A DNA stretch of 63,955 bases, filler included, from Thelocarpon superellum (lineage: Eukaryota), in assembly GCA_026025795.1 (NCBI GenBank). It is 3 parts of 3 records of this genome, joined end to end, with 100 filler letters (N's around TTAATTAATTAA, not from the genome) between each part and the next. Parts side by side here need not be neighbours in the genome. Positions count along the whole stretch, not along the records: positions 1 to 22,693 come from JAPEUG010000291.1; 2 more parts are not named here. The stretch is one strand, 5' to 3'. How positions within the stretch are numbered: the stretch's first letter is position 1; each line of letters opens with the position of its first letter. Below, in pieces: positions 1 through 11,622 of the stretch. The notes beneath the pieces are model-generated. The model saw only the letters and a list, made by a program, of their open reading frames with translations. It did no database searches and was not told where the DNA came from. The position numbers were made by a program, and so were the translations under genes.

Positions 1-8
1 ACGAGAAA

Positions 9-1803
9 TCATGGCTCGTCACGCCTCCGACAAGTCTCATCCTGATTGGGATCCCGCCTCGGCGGCGCCGCGCACGAAAAAGGCTCGGCGGCTCTGCGGA
101 ACAGGTCGCGGAACCGGGCTCCCAATGCATGACCCAGATTGCGTAGTTCTTGACGAAGCGTCGGGTCCCGGCGGAGGTCGCTGAGGCGGTATTCGAGTAT
201 CTCGCCTTCTTCTTCTTCTTCTTCTGCATCACCACCAAGTTCGCCTCCTTGGCCTTGGGCTCCTTGTGCAGCGGCTCCCTGTGCGGCTCCTTGTGCGCCC
301 GAGCCGCCCGGTTGGTGGCCCGGTTGGATGGGCTCGCCTGGTCGGCCTTCTATCATTTCAACCGTTTCTCGCGCGCCCCCGCTCCCGCTCCCGCCGCCGC
401 TCCCGCTCCCGCTCCCATTGCCGCCGCCGCCACCGCCACCACTACCACTTGCACCCACGCCACCGCTGCCGCTGGCATCCGGATTCGCATTGGAAAGGTC
501 ATTCTCGGCTGTTTCCGCAGCCACGACTCGAGCAATGGCCGTGTCCAAAGGCCCGAGTTGCCTCCCTCCCTGTGCGGCATGGGGATTTCGAAAGCGTCTG
601 CTGGGAGGCATGATATCAGTACCAAAGGCCGAGTCGGCCGGACGCAACGGAAAAAAGCCGGCACCGCCACCGGCAGCTTGGCCGAAGCCACCGAGCCCAC
701 CGCCCGCGGCCAGACCTGGACCCCCAGAAGTGCTCGCAGACAAACCCGGCACGTCTGCAAAAGCAGCCCTAGATGGCAAGGGGTCTGCAAACGGATTGGG
801 ACCCCCTGATGGAACGGGTCTGCCGTAGTCTTCTTCTCTCAGACTTACCGAAAGTATCCGTGTCAGCGACACTGGCACCGTCTCCGTTCCAGTCGCGTCG
901 GATGGTGGTACAGGAACGTCGTGCAGCGTGCTGACCCGTGCGATCGGAGACTGCCTCGCGGGCTCAGATCCAGACCCTGACCCCGAGTCGTCTCCTCGTC
1001 GACGCGTCGTCGTGTCGTAGATGCTCGTCGTCGCATTGCCCCAGAAGTCCTCCGCCCGACGGATCAGCGCTACCAGCGCCACGTACAGCATTTGCGCCGG
1101 CACCGTCTTGCTTCGTCGAAGGTCCACTCGTACCGCACACGCCCCAACGCCATAGATCGTAAAGGGCTTGACGAGGCGGATGAAGTTGCCAGCTCGTGCA
1201 GCCATTATCTGCTGGACCGCTTGCGCCACTCGTTCGAGGATGTCTACCAGACACACCCGGTCGAGCAAGTCGTCCAGGTCGGTCGAGTCAAGTAGATCTT
1301 GAGTGCTGCTCTGCCAAGAAAACATTCGTGAGATCGCCGTCCGGCTCAAGTAGTGCAGCATCTCGTATTGCCCAGCATCCATTACCAGCCCTCTCGGACC
1401 TAAATCTCGTGAGACCAGCCCGTGCAAATCCTCGTCGCAAGGGTCCAAGTCACTGGACTTGGGCGAGACGACCTCGTTCGTCGTCTCATTGACGTAGTAC
1501 CGCTCGCCATCGGGTGCAGCAACTGTCGTCGAGGCCACTGTCTGCTCACGCACCGCGCAATGAGCATCATGTATGTTATAACCAATGCTTGCGGCGCACC
1601 ATTGGCTTGTCTCACAGGCAAAGCGCGCCACTTACCGGGGTTGCCAGGAGGGGAAAGAATTTCTGTGCGTCGCCTTCTGACGGGTGATCATCTGATATCG
1701 CGCCAGCAAGGAACGTGTTGGCCTGACTACTGGGCACCGACGCGGCTTCGACATAGCTTCCGGTCGAGCGGAGCAGCAATAACCACATCAGAGTCGACTG
1801 CAT
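9..1803 (-). CDS. Orphan, probably secreted protein (~566 aa) with a Gly/Ser-rich and acidic low-complexity C-terminal half; 2 exons
   Basis: Exon 1 (1803-1636) reads MQSTLMWLLLLRSTGSYVEAASVP..., which looks like a signal peptide. A GTAAGT donor at 1635 and a CTCAT...CAG acceptor at 1542 join in phase 0 to the long 9..1631 ORF. No family recognised. Confidence 0.6.
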
Positions 1804-2687
1804 CGCTCGAACATGAGAGCCGGTGGACGAAGCAAGCATCATGCTTCGTGAGGTTGCGATGGACCGAGAAGGTAGGAGAACAACCAGCAGCACCAAGCTG
1901 TAGATGGAACCAGAGAGCTAGAAAAGAGGAGGAAAGTCGAGTCTGGATGCAAGTATATCCAGGGCAACCGATGGATAACCTCGGTGATGAGCCTAGAAGC
2001 CGATGCACTGCAACGGCAGAGTCGTGGCATCAAGTAGATCCCCTAGACCACAGCAGACACATAAAGAGTTGGTCCATGCGTTTGGTGCCAAGTGCTAGTA
2101 CTTCCTTCGCTGCGATGGCATGACCATGCGATCCCATTCGTTGAACCATTATCGTCCGACTGTGTGACGGCGATGCGAGCGCGACAGGATCACAATGCGC
2201 CATTTCCTCGCACAATGCCACGACGAGGGGAAGAACCTCTCTGATCTACCGGGCATAGCTGGGGCCAAGCTCCTCCATTCCTCTGCCTGATGGTGACCAA
2301 CACTCGAAAGTAGTACCCTGCAAGAGGCTGCCGGTATCTGTGGCTGAGTTGTCGGGGTGTGCCGAGTCCCACGTAGCACAGCGTACGGTGACCACTTCAG
2401 CTATGTTAGTGGCGGCATTCGCTCTCATCGTTCCTCTAGCAGGTAATTAAAGTTAGTAACGTGACTGCCTCGGTCCTTCGCACTAAGAATAATCCCAACG
2501 TCTCTCACCCCAAGATTCCCCCCTCCTAACAATCTCGTAGCTCGCCGATGAAACACTTATGCTTTGCGCGACTTCGCGCCGTCCTCGACTGATATCTAGC
2601 TAGACGGGTCACGCGTGCTGGACGACGTCTTCGCATTCTTAGAAGAGGAGCAAGTGCCGCAGCTTGTACAGAACCTCTCACGTGGTC

Positions 2688-2730
2688 GTCAACGCTCGGA
2701 TTTGTCAACGCTCGGATTTATCACGCTCGG
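2688..2730. repeat. 16-bp tandem repeat GTCAACGCTCGGATTT x2 plus a degenerate third copy, in a divergent intergenic region
   Basis: Read directly from the sequence. Confidence 0.85.
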
Positions 2731-3122
2731 GCGATCATACCGTAGGACGAGGCTAAAGCCCAAAGGCCTATGGTACGATGTCGCCGGAATCCTTCCATGT
2801 CGGTCAAGGTCACCCTGTGCGAATGGCAGACAAGACGCCGGGCCGAGCACGGTGCACGGCTGCATCACGATTGCTCACACACGAATCTCTGGCGATGATC
2901 CTCTTTATGCCGCTCCACGCAACCAGCGTAGTACCGATTACGAGGGTAAAGGCACTCCGATTTTAGACATCGGCTCACTTCCTCTGGGCTACCTCTGGAC
3001 ATCAGTCCGGCGTCCGGTTGACATACGTAGAAACCATCCGTCTCGTATGAGTCTTCTCCATAGAGCGCGTCTGCAGCCGGTTCACCAGACGCCACATACT
3101 CATGGCGGGCGAGAGTGTGGTC

Positions 3123-4009
3123 ATGAGCAGTCTGCTCGTACTGTGGTGCATCTTCTTCTCTGCCGTCAAGGCGACTGAGATGACGACATCGACCAACGGG
3201 TAAGTGCAGATCCTCGGAAACCGGCTCGTCCCCGGAGGCCCGGAGGGCTGATGCGGTATGGCAGAACCGACAGCTACCTGTACCCCGACGGTCCTCGAGT
3301 GAACGCAAGCATCGAATATCTGTCCCGCTTCCGCAACGGGACCGTGCTACGCCAGTTGGGCCTCAACGACAGCAGGGATCAGGCCTGGGACGAGTATGTC
3401 CAGGGCATGGAAATGATGTTCGATCCGACCTCACCGAATGCCAGCCGATGGCTCCCGCCCCTCTCATGGGACTACGATGGCCGCTTGACCCGCAACGACA
3501 GCGACGTGACTGACATCTTGGCTCGGAACGACAGGCGGCCTTACACCAGCCTCTGGCAAGGGAGTCCCTTCTGGAAGCCTGCCTGTGGACGCCTCGCCGC
3601 AGAATTGGCCCGGTTGCAGGCCATAGCCACCGCGCCCGCACACCAGGGCAAGATCATGGAGATCGAGTTGAAGCACTATGGTGCCAACTTCCCAGACGCG
3701 AACCAGCAGCATGCCCTCGTGTGGACCTATGTGCATCTCATGGTCTTCACCGCGGGAAGCCACCTGCCCACGGAGTTCGCCGACGGCTGTGAGGCCTGGC
3801 TGGGCGAACTGGCCGCGGATGCACAGGTCTTCCGTCAAGACACCGCCGACGCCAATTCGACGACGGAGGCGGCCGAGTTGCGACGGCGACTGCAACTGCC
3901 GCCGCTCAAGCTGAGAGCCACATCGGGAGGTATCAAGCGGGTGAACTCGGACTTCACACTCTGGCTCATCCCCGCCTACCAGTTCGCCCCAGGGTCCGCG
4001 AAGAGGTGA
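3123..4009 (+). CDS. Orphan secreted protein (~273 aa); 2 exons
   Basis: Exon 1 encodes MSSLLVLWCIFFSAVKA-TEMTTSTNG (signal peptide). The intron 3200-3264 (GTAAGT...GCTGAT...CAG) splices in frame to ORF 3251..4009. Several N-x-S/T sequons are present. Confidence 0.7.
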
Positions 4010-5288
4010 CGGAGGATGGGGAGAAGCGGCGGTGATGACTTTGAAATGGCACTGGCAAACACGCATACCTGACCACGAGAGGCGGAGGACGCCGACGTGA
4101 TTTGTCGGCCAGGCCGCGGAAACGCTGGAGCCTGCGGAGTACGCCGGGGAGACCGCGTCAGAGGCGGTCGAGGCCTGAAGCCTCCACACCACAACAACGT
4201 CATCAGGTGCCGAGAGCCAAAGGGTCCAGGGCGTGGCGGCCAACAGACGGCCAGGAGAGGGCGGCGGAGTGCATGCGTCGTCACAGATTCTGCAGACGGA
4301 TTGACTCCTGCGTCGGTCAGGAACCCGAGCACGCGCGTGTGACAGATGCCCCCATTCCCCGCTCGATGGATGTACCTATGGCACGGCGAGGATGGTGCGG
4401 AGCGTGGGACGGACGGAGGTCTTCCGCCGGTAGTTGGCGGTATCAGACACCCCACACTGCAGCGTGCTCGCAACGGCCTTCCTTGCCAGTGCCGGTTCGC
4501 CCTGCTCGCCCAGGAAGGCTGAAGGAAATCAGCCTTGGGGGCTACCGTCGAGCCGACCGAGAAAGCTTGGCGCTGTGGCTGCGGCGAATGAGCTGGTCGA
4601 GAAGCTTTCGGCTGATCCTCTCTGCCTTTTCCCTATGGACCCTCGCCGCCCCGTGGGTGTGGTGCGTGGTGGCAGGGATGCTGGAGCTGGGCCCGATCGG
4701 TCCATCCGGCTCGGCGAATCAATCGAAGCAGCGGCCAGGTCTGGCTGTCGTGCGGTGACTTGTCGCGACTAGCCGTCGAAGCTGTCCAGTCGCCCACCCA
4801 AATAGGCGATACCGTAACACGAATAATGATTTCGTAGCTACGGGAGACCTTGGACCTCACACTCGGCATATCATGAGACGGCATCGCCCGTCAAGTTCGT
4901 GGGTCCAGAACGGCGTACACCTAATGCATCCGCAGCCTGTGCCGGTGTGTTCTGCCCCGCCTCGTGCCGTCGCGTACGCGTAGCGAGCGACGAGAGAGTA
5001 TCCGTCGGCTCAACGGTCTACCGGACACGAACTTTTCCCCTCGCCATCTCCGTTGCTCCTGTGCTCCTTCCGCCCGCCGGACCTTACCGAGAGCAGCACG
5101 ACGCTGAACCACCACTCAGCATCCAGCATCCATCACCCAGCATCCACACCCAGCACTTAAACCTAGCACCCCAAGTACGTCCCGAGTGCGCTGCCTCCTC
5201 CTCCCACCACCGACCACCTTCCTCGCTCCGTCCATCCCTCATCCTCGACCGACTTCACCATCGGCCGACAAGGCTTTCCATCGTCAAC

Positions 5289-6980
5289 ATGTCCTACTAT
5301 CCCGGACAGGGACAACATGGTGCGCAACCCCACCACCCGCCGCCGGCGGGCTACGGCCCGCCTCCACCGGGATACGGACCCTCGCCAGGACCCTACCCCC
5401 CTCCCCAAGGCTATCCGTAAGGCGTTCCGTCCGCCGTCACGACACGAGAAGACGCTGAGACGACGTAGAAATCAGGGCTATCCGCCCCCGAACGGGCCGC
5501 CGTACCCCGCCTACGGAGGCCCGCCACCCGTGAGCACCCCGCCTTCATGTGCCCGTGAGCGCTCACTGATCCCCGTCACCAGGTCCCGTCACCCGGCTAT
5601 GGCGGCTACCCCCCCCCACAGGGCCCCTCGCCGCCGGGATGGGGCGCCGCGGGTCAGCGACCCGGAATCCCGAGCGTGAACAGCAATGCCTACGCCCAGG
5701 GCAATGCACAAGCGCCGCCACCTCCACCGCAGGGCGCGCAGGGCTTTGGCCATGGAGCGCCGCAGGGATACAACTTCCAGTACTCCAACTGCACCGGTCG
5801 ACGGAAAGCCTTGCTGATCGGCATCAACTATTTCAATCAACGCGGCCAGCTGCGGGGGTGTATCAATGACGTCAAGAACATGTCCGCCTATCTAAACTCC
5901 AATTTCGGATATGCCCGCGAAGATATGGTCATCTTGACCGATGATCAGCAGAACCAGATGAGTCAGCCGACCAAGCAGAACATTCTCCGCGCCATGCATT
6001 GGCTCGTGCGAGATGCGCGTCCAAACGATTCTCTCTTCTTCCATTATTCGGGTACGTGTGAGGTGCTTCCGTTCACCTCTGCCGTCTCGCTGACCAGGCA
6101 TCAGGCCACGGCGGACAGACACCAGACCTCGATGGCGATGAGGATGACGGCTATGATGAGGTCATCTATCCCGTCGACTTCCGACAGGCGGGACATATCG
6201 TCGACGATGACATGCATGACATCATGTAAGTGTGCACCGATGTCGAGCGTTGGTCGACACCAGTGCTGATCCACCTCCGCGCCTTCAGGGTCAAGCCGCT
6301 GCTCCCGGGAGTACGCCTGACGGCCATCTTTGACTCATGCCACTCCGGCTCCGCCTTGGATCTCCCGTACATCTACTCCACCCAGGTATGGCACCCTTCC
6401 CTCGACGGTGGGTGGTGGGAGCGTCTGGCTGATGCTCGATGTAGGGCGTGCTCAAGGAGCCCAATCTGGCCAAGGAGGCGGGCATGGGTCTGCTCAGCGC
6501 CGTCTCGGCCTACGCCCGTGGCGATCTCGGCGGTATCGCCAGTACGGCGATTGGGCTCTTCAAGAAGGTCACCACGGGCGACGAAGCACGCGAGCGGGCT
6601 ATGGCCACCAAGACGTCGCCGGCGGATGTCATCATGTGGTCGGGATCGAAAGACGACCAAACATCGTACGTCTTCCGCGCTACAGCATGACGATCGGGCC
6701 GGAGCTAACCCACCTGTCCGGCCATAGGCAAGATGCGCAGATTGCCGGTCAGGCCACCGGCGCGATGTCGTGGGCCTTTATTACTGCCCTCAAGAAGAAC
6801 CCGCAACAGAGCTACGTGCAGCTGCTGAACAGCATCCGGGACGAATTGGCGCAGAAATACGACCAACGTCCCCAGCTCAGCTGCAGTCACCCGTTGAGTA
6901 AGCCATGCCCGCAATATGCTCCAGCCGTCCCGCGACTGACCCTCGCTCCTTCAGATACGAACCTTCTCTACGTCATGTAA
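5289..6980 (+). CDS. MCA1: Metacaspase (type I, with Pro/Gly/Tyr/Gln-rich prodomain); multi-exon
   Basis: Motifs [23 protein letters not shown](H), AIFDSCHSG (catalytic Cys), [10 protein letters not shown] and [10 protein letters not shown]; canonical GT-AG introns. Confidence 0.96.
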
Positions 6981-7426
6981 CGCGCCTCGGAAGGCCGTGA
7001 CTTCGTTCGCAGGCATGATCGTCACGTGGCAAGGGCTTGCTTTTGGGATGGACGTTTGGCGCTGTGGACCGACCGGGGATCTTCGCAGCACCGAGGAGAG
7101 CGTGAATGGCCGCCAGCTTTGGCCAAGCAGTTCGATCGGAGCGCGGAGGGCGGATTTACCAGGCATTGTTTCCTTTTACATTCGGTTGACATGGTCGGGT
7201 CGGGTGCGCTCGGGTCTGACGGGAAAAGCCATGCCCTTAATCGAGATGTCTTCTCCCTCTAGAGCTTCCAGGTGTCCTGCTGTGACCATGGTTTCATGGG
7301 ACATGGTCTAATGTGAGACGTGATTCAATGCTAGCATGACCCGGAACGAGCTCAATACACGTGCGGTACCCCTCCCGCCATGCTCCCATGGCCTCGTCCG
7401 TGTCCCTTCAATCACCCCTCGGATCT

Positions 7427-8021
7427 TCATGCCGCAGCCGACGTCTTGGCCGCCTGCTGCGGGTTCACCTTCTTGCCATCCTTATTGTACCGTACCCGCG
7501 GCGGTGGCAGACGGTTGCGGCGCCCGGCGCGAGATCGGACTCTATATTGTGATCATCATCAGCCGGCATTCCCCCGATCAAGTAGCGTCGTGGGAGGCGG
7601 CCATGGCACTCCGGAGGACCTGCACGCACCGGACAATCTTGCCGTGGATGGCGCACGAGACGCAATACTGTAGTTTCAGGTACATCTTCGGCACGGCGTA
7701 TTCGGGGAAGACGGACGCGTCCGAGATATCACCTGCCAGAGGGGCACCGGATCAGCATCAGCGCAACCCCGACTATGATGTCCTCCGGTGCGGAACGAAC
7801 GACGTACGGATGGCGGCGGATTCGACCATGTTGCGAATGGTGAATCTCTTGATGGCCTTGTCCTTGGGAGTGCATCGCGAGCAGTTGGAGCATCGAATCG
7901 GCTTGACGTGGCCGCGACCCTTCTTGTTGCGTCCGCTGTGCAAGCGTCAGTCTCCAGGGCCACCAAGGTCGCCGGCACTGCCGGTGCGTCGGGCTTACTT
8001 GGACGCTCGCTTCTTCACCAT
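7427..8021 (-). CDS. RPS26: 40S ribosomal protein S26 (eS26); 4 exons, not visible in the ORF track
   Basis: Spliced translation [122 protein letters not shown]. Confidence 0.97.
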
Positions 8022-8567
8022 GCTGGCGATCGGATAGAGGATGGAAGAGATAGTGTAGACAGTTGCTCAAGGCAGATCTTCAAAGTCTCTCAAGCAGCGC
8101 TGTCGTCGCCACGAACAATTTCGGTATTCGCTACCCTCCCTCGCGGCAAGCGAATGGCAAAGTTCGCGGGCTTAGCCCTCTGCATTCCAATCACGTGACT
8201 TGATTATCCTCCCAGCAGTCAGGAAAACGCGCTGCAAAGACCACTACCCATAGGTTCATGATGAATGCATCGGGCAACTCTGTATCAGGATCGCCTTGGG
8301 CTGTGCTCGCACAGAGTCTTATCGGTGGAAGGATGGCTCGCACGTGGCTCATCGTGAGGGAGTTCTCGTAGGAGTACGATGATCGGAAACGCCCGGACCG
8401 TCGCTTAGTCATTGTTTTCGTGGTCCGTCGTCGTTATGGTTTCAGCGGCGAAGCGAACGAGAACTGCCGTATCAACAACCGCTGCCTCGACGCTTGGAGC
8501 CTTTCACCCCACAGCTCCCGACCTCCACATCGGCACTCATTCCCGCCTGGTCGTCTCCCAGCTCGTC

Positions 8568-10789
8568 ATGGCTTCCGGTGGGACCTTTCGTGGGACGCCA
8601 AACCGTACCCAAGTTCGGGGCCAAGTGCCCTTTACCAATAGTCCATCGGGCATTCCTTTACCCTCCTCCCGTGACCTGCACCCCCCCAGCCAGAACCAGA
8701 GTGACGCCGGCGGCTCGACCATGAGTGCCAGTCGGCAGAAGCAATCCAAACGAGATGAGGTATGATCATGCTCCGTGCCGCCCCTTAGTGGTCCATCCAT
8801 GTCGAGGACATTTGTGTTGTAATGGCCACGACCATGACCATGACCATGACCATGACCATGACCGAGACCGTGACCATGCACTAACGTCATGGCCCAGGCG
8901 ATTCGGAAACGGATCGAGACGGATCTCAGCAAGAGGAAGCAAACCGTTGCCCGGGCACGGCAGACGCGGAAGGCGCCGCCGGGCAGTGTGTTGGCCCTCC
9001 GACCCAGCCAAGCGTTGCAGATCAAGCCGGCGACCAGCGTGGCCGAGGCGGCCCAGCTCATGGCCGCGAAGCGTGAGGATTGCGTGCTGGTGACGGACGA
9101 CGACGATCGGATCGCTGGTATCTTCACCGCCAAGGATCTCGCCTTCCGGGTGGTCGGCGCCGGCATCAAGGCGCAGGACGTGACCATCGCCGAGATCATG
9201 ACCAAGAATCCGCTCTGCGCTCGCACCGACACCAGTGCGACAGATGCTCTCGATCTGATGGTCCGCAAGGGCTTCCGCCACCTGCCCGTCATGGATGAGA
9301 ATCAGGATATCTCGGGCATTCTGGACATTACCAAATGCTTCTACGATGCCATGGAGAAGCTCGAGCGGGCCTACAGCTCGTCGCGAAAGCTGTACGATGC
9401 GCTGGAGGGCGTGCAGTCGGAGCTCGGTTCGAGCCAACCCCAGCAGATCATCCAGTACGTGGAGGCGCTCCGACAGAAGATGTCGGGCCCGACGCTCGAA
9501 TCGGTGCTGAACGGGCTGCCGCCAACGACGGTGTCGGTGCGGACGTCGGTTAAAGACGCCGCGGCGCTGATGAAAGAAAATCACACGACGGCGGTGCTGG
9601 TGCAGGACCAAGGCCAGATCACGGGCATCTTCACCAGCAAAGACGTGGTGCTGCGCGTCATCGCACCCGGCCTTGATCCGGCCAATTGCAGCGTCGTGCG
9701 CGTTATGACGCCCCATCCTGATTTCGCGCCCATGGACATGAGCATCCAAGCGGCGCTGCGGAAGATGCACGGTATGTCTTCACTCTCCTCCTCCTGTCTC
9801 GCATCGATGTCGGACGCAGCGACCCTAACGACGGCACAGACGGTCACTACCTCAATTTGCCCGTCATGAACGAGCCTGGCGAGATCGTGGGCATGGTGGA
9901 TGTGCTCAAGTTGACGTACGCGACGCTGGAGCAGGTCAACACCATGTCGACGGGCGACAGCGAAGGCCCGGCGTGGAACAAATTCTGGCTCTCGCTCGAC
10001 AACGAATCTGAGTCCATGATGTCGGGCGAAGGCAGCAGCCACCACCCACACCCGTCGCACCGGGCCTTGACCCCGGCCGATCTGGTCCGCAATCCGATGG
10101 ACCGCGTGGATTCGAGCGTGCTGCCCAACGAGTCGGCCTCGCACCACGGTGACGGATCGCCGCCGCACTCCGCGCTCATGGAGGCAAACGCCGAGGACAC
10201 GCCCTTCCCGTTCAAGTTCAAGGCGCCGAGCGGGCGCGTGCATCGGCTGCAGGTGGTGGCGTCAGCCGGCATGGCCGAGCTGATCGCCAACGTGACAGCC
10301 AAGCTCGGGCCGGAGGTGAGCGCGGTTGGCGGGGAGGCGACGGTGGAGGACGGGCGGCTGGGCAAGTCGGGCTACGCGTTGAGCTATCTGGACAACGAGG
10401 GCGATACCGTCTCCATCACGACGGATCGCGACCTGGTGGACGCGATGACGCTGGCCCGCCAAAGCCGACGGGACAAGGTCGACCTCTTCGTCCACCATCC
10501 GGCCAAACCCCCGGTGGCAGCGACGGTGGATCCCCATCCCGTCATCAGCAAGCCGCCGACGCCGCCGGCCTCCACCGTGCGTGATCGGCGACGACAGCTA
10601 CTCGAGGACGAAGAGGAGGACGAGGAGGACGAACCGCTCGGCCGGGGCCGGAAGCATGCGGGGTCGTTTGCCGCCAAGCAGGAGATGATCGCGGGGGTGC
10701 CGAACGACCTGCTCTTGCCCGGCGCCATTGCGGGCCTGGCCGTCGTCATCGTCAGCGTGTTTGCCATCAGTCGCGCGTCGAGCCGATGA
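8568..10789 (+). CDS. mug70: CBS- and PB1-domain protein with C-terminal transmembrane helix (Mug70-like); 3 exons
   Basis: Two CBS pairs (IAGIFTAKDLAFRVV, GFRHLPV, ITGIFTSKDVVLRVIA), a PB1 domain (FPFKFKAPSGRVHR...LSYLDNEGDTVSITTDRDL) and a hydrophobic tail (LLLPGAIAGLAVVIVSVFAI). Confidence 0.9.
8830..8877. repeat. (GACCAT)n hexanucleotide microsatellite, 8 units (2 variant), inside intron 1 of the CBS/PB1 gene
   Basis: Read directly; it ends just before the CTAAC branch site at 8881. Confidence 0.9.
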
Positions 10790-11622
10790 GCGCGCGCGCG
10801 ACTCCTCCATCTCCACCGTCGCTCACGCTCTCCTCTGTTCACCCTGGCCCATTTTTACGCCCACCCTTGCTCATTGCCATCGTTCACCACCCCGCCGTCC
10901 ATTGCCATCCTTGCCCACCCCGCCGTCCATTCCCGTTCGTTTCCCATTCATGTTTCATAGATACGTCATTGCCAAGGGTCAGTTTAGCATTGCCATCCTC
11001 GTCCCTGTCGTTCTTATCCGAGGGTGATGGCGTGTGATGGTGTGTGATGGCGAGTCTCGTAGCAAGGGGCGGTACGGGGCGCGGGGCCTCTTAACCACGT
11101 GACTCGCGTTGGTCGCGTCGAGACTTTTTGGGGGAGACCCCAGGGAAAACGTGATGATGGGCCACTGGTAGGCCCCACCCCCGAGCCCACCGAGTCAAGC
11201 AAGTTCGGCGTGTTCGGCGTGCCCGGCGTGCCCAGCGTGTTCCCCGGTCACCAGGAACCCCAAGCAGACCGCCCGCCCACTCACCTGGGTGCCGGATAGT
11301 CGGCATCGCTTGGTCTTGTCCACTCGTATCTGACAGATTGGCACCCGGATTCGAGACCGAAGTCGTCTCATCTTGACCCTCCACCGTTCTTGGACCTTGG
11401 TGGCTGATTGAGGCCGCTACAAACCATCACAATCATCGCCAGCCGCATTGACGCCAGCACCTGCACTTGCATCTGCACCCGCGCTAGCACTTCGCCCTCG
11501 ACCCTCGTCTGCACGGTGCCGCCGTCGGTGTTTCTCACCCAGCCTCTGCATTCGACCACTCGATCCGGCCGTCGCCCACGGATGCAAGCTCCATCGTCCG
11601 ACGTTACCTTGCGGACGCCGTC

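Noticed and set aside
4102..4772. Several 100-220-aa ORFs upstream of MCA1
   Set aside because: Arg/Pro/Ala-rich composition, no motifs and no consistent splice structure; probably promoter or intergenic sequence.
7336..8037. 233-aa plus-strand ORF
   Set aside because: Antisense shadow of the spliced RPS26 gene; no recognisable protein features.
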